Shown one piece after another: positions 33,901 through 42,900 of a stretch of DNA of 64,000 bases. The position numbers were made by a program, and so were the translations under genes. The first letter of the stretch is position 1, and every line of letters begins with the position of its first letter. Origin of the DNA: a virus; the IMG/VR virus record IMGVR_UViG_3300021092_000008; one strand, written 5' to 3'. Below the pieces are notes generated by a model. It saw nothing but the letters and a program-made list of their open reading frames with translations, searched no databases and was not told where the DNA came from.

Positions 33901-36900
33901 ATTACTGCTGGAAACTTAGGAACAACCAAAAGTTCTTTCCTTGCTGCTGCTACTTACGATGTTTTAGTTGGAGAAATTAAGTGTAAGCGTGATGTTAAGA
34001 AGTTTGTAGAAGCAGTTTCTTTAGATGTATTTACTAAAGGTAACAAATATTCAAGAGAATTTGTAAATCAATATTTCACAAATGTTTCAAGTCCTCTTTC
34101 AAATGGATTAGTAAACGAAGAAACTCAATCTATCACAGCATTCAACATGGCTCGTGATATGATGAGGAAAGCAGTAACTAATCAATTAACAATTAAGGAT
34201 TTAACTATTACTGCAGGACCAGCCCAATATAACGGAAGTGGTGGCAATATCCCAAATCTGCCTTCAGGAACTGCTGCAGCATGTGTTGATGTTCAAGCAG
34301 GAATCGCATCGTTAAGTAAGATTATTACTGATGTCATTACTGCTGGATCTTTAACTGGATTAGATGCTTTCCCAGAAACACAAGGAGTGTTTGGAATTGG
34401 TGAAACAAAATGTCGTAGAGACATTGGTATCATTGTTGATGCTGTAGCAAAAGACGTTGCTGACGGTAGTAACTGGAGATCAGTAACTGCTGCTAGATCT
34501 TATTTCCAAGAAGGGCAACCAATTTCAAATGGTCTGGTTGATGAAGAAGCAGCATCTATTTTTGCTTTTAATAAAGCAAGAGATCTCATGATTCTTGCCA
34601 TAAGAAACCAATTGAACTATCGTGATTTATCAATTACTGCTGATCCAGAAAGATTAACAAACTTTGATAAATTTGTCTGCTCTGATGTTGCTTCAGGAAT
34701 TACTACTTTAGTTTCTATTATTACTACAACTATTAATGATGGTGATTTAGATTCTTTATCTGGAATAACTGTAAATAGAGGAACATATTCATTTAACGAA
34801 ATTAAGTGTAAGAGAGATATTAAGCTTCTTATTGATGCTGTCATTAATGATATAACTTTAAATGATAGCAACGCAAATAGTATTAACTATGCCAATTTAT
34901 ACAAGGAGCAAAACGGTAACATCAAATTAATCGATAATCAACTAATTCAATCTGTTGCCGCTTTCAGAAAAGCAAGAGATCTATGTATCCTTGCTATGAG
35001 AAATTGGATTGAATTCCCAGGAAAACAATATTATCAGAAGGAGTATACAGATCTTGATTATGTAAGAGATGAGTTCTTAATTATTGATACTGAAACTCCT
35101 TATTGCCAGAATGTTGCCACTGCTATTACAAATAGATTTGATTTAATCATTAATATTTTAACTGGTGATGCTGAAAATTCAAATCTAGATACAGCTAATC
35201 AAATTGCTATTAATGAAAACTTTATTATTAACGAAGCATTAGCATCAGGAGAAGTTTCTTTCCCTGGTGTTTCAATTCCAAACATTACTAAATGTAAGAG
35301 AGATTTAAGAATTATCCTTCGCTCCGTACAACGTGATATAATTCTTGGTGGTACTGTTGGTATTGTTCGTTCAGCAGATTCTTATTTAACTGGAGCAACT
35401 TTAGATGTAGGTTTTGTTGGCGATCAATTAGGTAAGACTTTACACATTTACGATTATGCCAAGCATATGGCAATTGCTGCCACAAGAAATTGGAATTTTG
35501 AAATTAGAGACTGTACGACAGTAAGCGGAAATAATGTAGTAACAGTTCCTAACACAAATGGCGTTGTTCTTGGAATGAGAGTATCTGCTAATGAGTTTAG
35601 ATACACTGATCTTACCCCAGATTCATATGCTTATGTAATTGGAATTAATAGAGGAAGCAATACAATAACTTTAGGTAACTCTAAGTCATTGACAGCTGCT
35701 GCTTTCCCAGCAAATGCTTCAACAACAACAGCAAAACTATTCTTCTCATTTAGTGAAGTAGGTGCTCCATGGTTTGATGCTGCTAATAACATCACTGCTA
35801 ATAAGACATTTATTAAGCAGGAAGCAGTTGGATACATTGAAAATATCTATCCATATCTAACCACACTTAATCCTTCAACTTCATTAGCTAATCTTGTTTC
35901 TCAGTATGATAATGCTACATGCCAAAGAGATATTGGTTATGTATTAGATGCTCTCATTTTTGATTTAAGATATGGCGGCAACTCAGAAACTATTAAAGCT
36001 GCCGAATTATATAGAAATGCTTCTGGTCACCTTGACTATATTGGTAATCAACTAGTTCAAAGTATAGAAACTTTTGAAAAGGTAAAAGATCTAGCAGTCC
36101 TTGCTATGAGAAATTGGAAGACTAGTGCTACTACAACGTATACTAAACAATTTGCCACAGCAGATTATGTCGTAAACAATGATATATTACCAGATCCTGC
36201 TGGATATCCACAGTGTGCTTTCGTGGAAGCATCAATAGAATCTTTATTCCAGCAGTTTGTTGACATCATCACAAATGATTCTGGAGGAACTAAAATTGAT
36301 GCTGCTAGACTTATTGCTAGAAACTTTAAATATATCGCTGAGGAAGCAGTAGGTGCTGCTAACGAGGAGTATCCTCTTGTAACAATTCCAAATGAAGCAA
36401 AATGTTTGAGAGACACTCAATTAATTATGACCGCTTGGATTAAAGATTTAATTACTGGAGGCAACTCTGCTACAATTCAAGCAACTCAATCTTATTTAAC
36501 AAATACTGGCGCTGTTACTTTTATTCAGGATGAACTACAAAAGAGTAGATATGCTTATGAGTACGCTAAAAATCTAGTTAAATTAGCAGTTACAAATAAT
36601 TTACCTGATCCAGGAGAATATACAGACGAAGATCCATTTACTGATTTATCTATTCTCCCAGATCCTCTTACTAATGACAATACAGATCCAACGTCATGTG
36701 CTTCAGTACAAAGCACCATAGAAACTTTATGGAGTATTCTTGATAGTACTTTAGCTCAATCTGGAGCTCCATTACCAGCAGCTACTTATGGCACTCAATA
36801 CAATCCTCGTAAATACTTCCCAGCAAACTTCCCTGGTATTTTTGCTGGTGATTATTTCCAAGGTTTACAAAGAGCGTCTACGGATGAATTCATTACAGAA

Positions 36901-39900
36901 GACACATCCTATCCAGAATGTGCCAATATTATTACTACATTAATTAATCTATTTGCCATCTTAGATGCTGTGCTAAATGGTGGAGATTTACCAGAGGCTA
37001 CTAATGATAACGTTGCTTTAGTTGTTAGAAATCGAGGAACTCTTTACAACCCAACAATTGTACAAGGTTCTGGTACAATGATTGATGCTGGTAACAGACC
37101 AGTAATTCGTGGTAGAATGATTAATGCCAATGACATTATTGAAACTTCTCCATATATTCAAAACTGTTCGATTATTTCATTCTTAGGTGGTGGTGGTTGT
37201 GAAGTTGATGGTTCTAAGATTAAACAAATTAACGTTCCTCGTCCAGGTTTGAAAGAAGATGGATCATCAAAGCTTGCCCCACAAGGTAAATCGATGGTTG
37301 CTAACGCCTTCACTATTATTTCACAGGGAGGCACTGGATACTTAGTTAAGAATGATGGTTACACTCAGTTGGTATCTGTATTCTGTATCTTCTGCCAAGA
37401 TGGTATTCTTGCCGAATCTGGTGGATATGCTTCTGTTACCAACTCTGCTTCAAACTTTGGTACATATGCTCTACGTGCTACTGGATATAGAGAAGAACCA
37501 TATGTATTTGATATTGCTACCATTAGCGAAATTGGTGTTACGGGCGCTGGTAAAACAATATTCCGTGTAGATGGATTAGGAAGAAGACCACAAGAAAACT
37601 TTGTTGTTAAAATTGATGGATATGAAAATGTCGTATCAGACATTGAATTTTTTATAACTGTAGTATCTCAAACAACAGTTGGTGGAACTGGAGAAGTTAG
37701 TTCTAGAATTGAGTTAAATGATGCTCTTTTAATAAAAAATAAAGAATCTGGTCAGATAGTCAATCTCAACACTTCAGAATTAATTAATAAAACAATTAGA
37801 TTATTCAGACCATCTATCATTAACTCTTCTGGTCATTCGTTTGAATATATTGGTTCTGGTATTAATTACTATGCTCTACCAGAAAATGGTGGACAGAAGA
37901 TTGAAGATAACGAGCAAGTATCACAAAGTTACGGTAGAGTATATGCTTCTGGTACTGATGAGGCAGGTGACTTCAAGGTAGGTCGTACCGTGAAGATGGA
38001 AAACAGAACTGGTAACATTTACTTTACTGGTCAAGTATCTATCTCGGAAATTGAATTCTTACGTATTCGTGGTGGTGATCTTGTTGTTACTGGATTTGAT
38101 GCTTCGCCAACATTAGGTGGTGCTGCTGCTACAAACCAAAAACTACCAACACAGAAAGCTGTTAGAGACTTTGTAACTAATAACCTAGGTCCATATTTTG
38201 GTAAACCATATTCAACAAATCCAGTTCCAAATGCTCTTGTAGAACTAGGAAATGATGGTAAGATTAATCTAGATCAAATTCCACCTATCAGACCATTTAA
38301 AGTTTATACAGTAGAAAACACTTCCCAAAGACTTGCTTTAGAAGGATTAAATTCTGGTGATATTGCTGTACAAGTTACAAGATTGAATGATACTATCAGT
38401 GCTTCTGATGTTGATGTAGCAAATAATAAAATCTTTACTCCTAAAACTGGATTCTCTAGCGGTCAAATTCTTTCAATTGTATCAAGTCCAGTTAACCCAA
38501 TTCAAACAACTGATGGTCCTATAGTTGCTGGAGAGTCTTATTATCTTATTGTTCTTCCAAATAATTTTGTTCAGTTAGCAGCATCTCCAGAAAATGTTAT
38601 TGACGAAATTCCTATAACAATTACTGACGCTGGATCTGGCAATACAGAAGTTCAAATCGCTACTGGTACAGTTTCATATATTTTAAATAATGATGTAGAT
38701 ACTCAATTTTTAGCTTATCCTCCAAATATATCCACAACATTTACAACTGGATCATTAGTTATTGGTTCGGCAACAGGTGCTATTGGTTCAGTAACTAGTA
38801 CTTTATATGGTACTGTATTCTCAATTTCAGTTTCTGGCGGTGGTAATGTTTATTTAAATGAAACTCCATCTGTAGTTATCTCTGCTCCGAATCAAGGTGA
38901 TGGTGTTCAAGCAACAGCAACTCCTGTTGTTGTTGGTAGTAGAATTTCGGCAGTTGAAATTACCAATAAAGGAAGTGGATATGATACCACACCAACTGTA
39001 TCTATTTCTATAGGAGAAGTTGCTTGGTCAGCAAATCAAACATATCTTGTCGATGATTTAATTTTTGTTGGAACAAATCTTTATAAAGTAACAACAGAGG
39101 GAACTTCAGGAACATCTGCTTTCTCTGGTCAATCTGGCATTCCTCAACCAGCAGATGGTGGTACATGTTTCTATGTTTACGTCGGGGAAAGAGCTCAATT
39201 AACATCTTTTGTTGAAAGTAGAGTTTCTATTAATATTGAAAATTCTGTTAAATTTACTGATGTTGACAATATTAATAGTCATAATGCTACTCCTGTCACA
39301 GTAAACATATCTAGAGTTGTTAATACATCAGGATCAAATGAATTTAACTGGGTTCCACTGACATCAGCTTCTATTGATGCTGCTTCTATTACTACTGGTA
39401 CTATTTCTACTTCTAGATTAGCATTACCTAATACTGGTTCAGCAAACTCGTTTACATTCTTAAGGGGCGATCAATCATTTAAACCAGTTGTACAAGGTGT
39501 TAAATTACCAGAATCTAAATTCTTAGTAAAAACTGTTCTATTCTCACCTGGAAGTGGTGATCCTTTAATCCCGCCAGTAAACTACATCACTATTCCATTA
39601 ACGAGTTTAATACAAACTGGACAGAGAGTTATTGGTAATGGTGTGTCAGCAGATACAATTGTTCTTGAAATATTAACTGTTGGTGGTAATACTAGAGTTG
39701 TATTAAGTTCTACGCTAATTAATGATGTCCCTGTTGGTACAGTATTTACCATTATAAGAACAGAAACTGCATTACAATTTGATTCTAACTTTACCAAAGG
39801 AGCATATGCTGCTGGCATCTTTATAGAAAGTCCAGGTAACTATTACACTTCAACTATTACCAATGGTAATATAGGAGAAAATACAATTAGCGTAGTTGAC

Positions 39901-42900
39901 GTTACCAAAGCTGTTATTGGGCAAAAGGTAACTGCTGAGGGAGTTGCTACCAATGCTATTATCACCAGCATTCAGCTTGATAGTGGAACTTCGGGAACAA
40001 TTACTTTATCAGCAAATAATACTGCTAATATAGTAAACAAAGAAGTTCAGTTTGGAGTTCCATTCTCAACTGGTACGTTCAATAACGTAGAACTATTCGG
40101 TTCAAATACAGGTTCTGGTGCTAAAGCAACATTTACTGTTCAAAATGGTTTAATTACTAATGCCCTTATAACTGATGGTGGTAATGGATATACAGAAGAT
40201 TTTGATATCGATCCCATTCCAGGTGCTTTAGGATTAGGAACTGGCGCTAAACTTACTGTTCTTGCTTCAACTCAGCAAACATACTTCTCTAGCATCGAAA
40301 TGGATGTCAAGAGAGTTACAAATCAAACAACATCATTAGATCCTTTTGGTACAGTTGGTGTTGCTAGATTCCAGAAATCACAATATACATATGGTCCTGA
40401 TGGAGCAGTTACTTTAAAAACTGGTCCAGAATCAGGATTAGATTCTGACTTACTTGATGGTAAGCAAGGTGTATTCTATCTTGATGCTTCAAACTTAGAA
40501 TCTGGCACTCTAAGACCAGATAGATTATCTGGTACATATTCAATTGATATTACTGGCAAATCTGGTACTACAACTAGAGTAGAAACTATAACAGATTCCA
40601 TCAACGCTGTACCAGCTCCTTCTGCTTACGGATCAGGTTTAAGTTTGGCAGCAAGAATATCTTCTAATTTTAGATCTTCTCTAGTTGATAGAACCTTAGA
40701 AGATGAAGGAGAGCGTGTAACATTACTGACTATTAGACCATCTGGTATTGGTACAGATGCTAGTAATGGTGGTTTAAAACAGTTAGCATTTACTGATGGT
40801 ACTCTTAACGTTGGTACAGGTGGTGGTGGTGCTAGTTCTTCTACAACTCTTGATGATGTTGTTCCAAATATGTACATTCGTGGTACAGGAAACATTATCC
40901 CAACTGATCCAACAAACGCTTTCTCACCTTGGTATAAGGTATGGACTTCTGGTAATGATGGATTTGGATCTGGATTAGATGCTGATAAACTACAAGCAAA
41001 AGATGCCAAGTTCTATACAAATGCTCTAAACCTTGATGGTGGCAGCATCAATGATTCCAGATTACAACCAATAATGTCTTCTAAGAAATTCTTAGAATCA
41101 TTAACTACTGTTAGATATATTGACAAAGCACACTATGAAATTTATTTCTCTGGAAGATTAAATAACGGAGATCTTAACTTCGTAATTGGCACCACTTACT
41201 CATTATACAATGATATTCTCCAAGTAGTTGGTCAAGCAACATTAAAGCTGATAGAGCAAAAATTCCCTGTAGAAGAGGTTAAAACAGAACTTAATTACGT
41301 AATTCTTACAATTCAATTAGATAGTGGTTCTATTGGTTCTGCTACAAAAATTGGATTTACTGGTTTTGAACAAACATGGAATTCACTAAGACTTTCGCCA
41401 TTTGCCACCTATACTTCTTCTACATTACAAGATGATGGTACTGGAGCTAGATTAATCTTAGGAAGAAATGATGGTAACAATGTTGCCAACAACACTCCTT
41501 CTAGTGGTGCTATCATTGATTTCCATTCAAGCGGAGCATTCAATGAATATGATGTAAGATTCCAAGTCACTGGGGGTACTACTAATAGTGGTAATGGTGC
41601 TTTAAATATTACTGGTAATGGATTTACTTATAACAGCAATACTGTCTGGCACTCTGGAAATGACACTGATATTTCAGGTCTGAATGCCAACTTCTTACAA
41701 GGTATTACAAAATCTCAGGTAATGAGATCTGATGAGAATACAGCAACGGCTGGATCATTAACCGTAACTGGAGTTACAACATTATCAAGTTTCGTAACTA
41801 TTAATGACGCTGCTCAATTAGCAGATAACACAATTATTGATCCTGATATTTATTCTAACAAAGTTATTGCTGGTAATTTAGCAGATGGTGGAGGATTCTC
41901 TGTTATTGGTATTGGCGGTAATGCTGGAGTAGGTAAATCTTGGGCAATAGGTCATAATGGAACTTCATTGTACTTTGGTATTGGCGATGGAAGTGCTGCT
42001 GATACATTAACAACATGGGCACAAGTAGATGCCGACAGAACAATTAGATTCTTTGCTAAAAATAATAGCTCAATATTCTTCAGTTCTGGTACTAATGATT
42101 ATAGAATTTGGAATGAAAATAATGATGGTTCTGGTTCTGGTTTAGATGCCGATCTCTTAGATGATAGAGATTGGAACTCTAGAGATAAATCAATTCTCAG
42201 AACTTCTGGATCTCATATTGCTGGTGGTTTATACATTAATGATGGCACTAAATATCAAACTTCAAACTTTGGTTTCTTAATTAGGCATTCTGATGCCAAT
42301 GGTGTAAGTGCTGGTGCTGGTGGTAGACTAGATTTTGTATTTGGAGACGATGCTTCTAAAGCAGCAGATCAAACTGTATCAACTCTTCGTACATTCTCAT
42401 TTGATAAATCTGGTCAATTAATTCTTCCAGCGCCTACAGGTACTTCTCCATTATCTGTAACTTCTACGACTAAAGTAACAAATTTAAATGTTGATTTACT
42501 AGATGATCAGGATGGTAGTTATTATACAAACGTCAACAATGCTAATGCTGGTACTTTAGCTGCTGTTAGAGGTGGTACAGGAATCAATGCTTATGCTATT
42601 GGTGATATGTTGTATGCTTCAGCAACAACCCCAACACTAGCAAAATTAAATATTGGTACTACCAACCAAATTCTTACAGTAAATTCTGACGCCACTGCTC
42701 CTAAATGGACCTCACCATCAGCGATTAATATTGGATCAGCAACTAAAATTGCTGTTACATCAGATGCTGCTACATCAACTAATTTGGTGGTTGGATTCTT
42801 CTCATCTACAGAAACCCCAGCAGATATTAAATATAGCTCAGACTCTTCACTTGGATTATTCTTTAATCCATCTGTAGGAAGATTAACAGCTAAAACATTC

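Noticed and set aside
29965-36984. Annotating the helical repeats as true cpcA/cpcB auxiliary metabolic genes, or as heme-binding motifs
   Set aside because: They are embedded in a fibre ORF, lack the N-terminal X/Y helices and are highly diverged. There is no CxxCH. They are kept only as phycobiliprotein-like domains pending a structure search.
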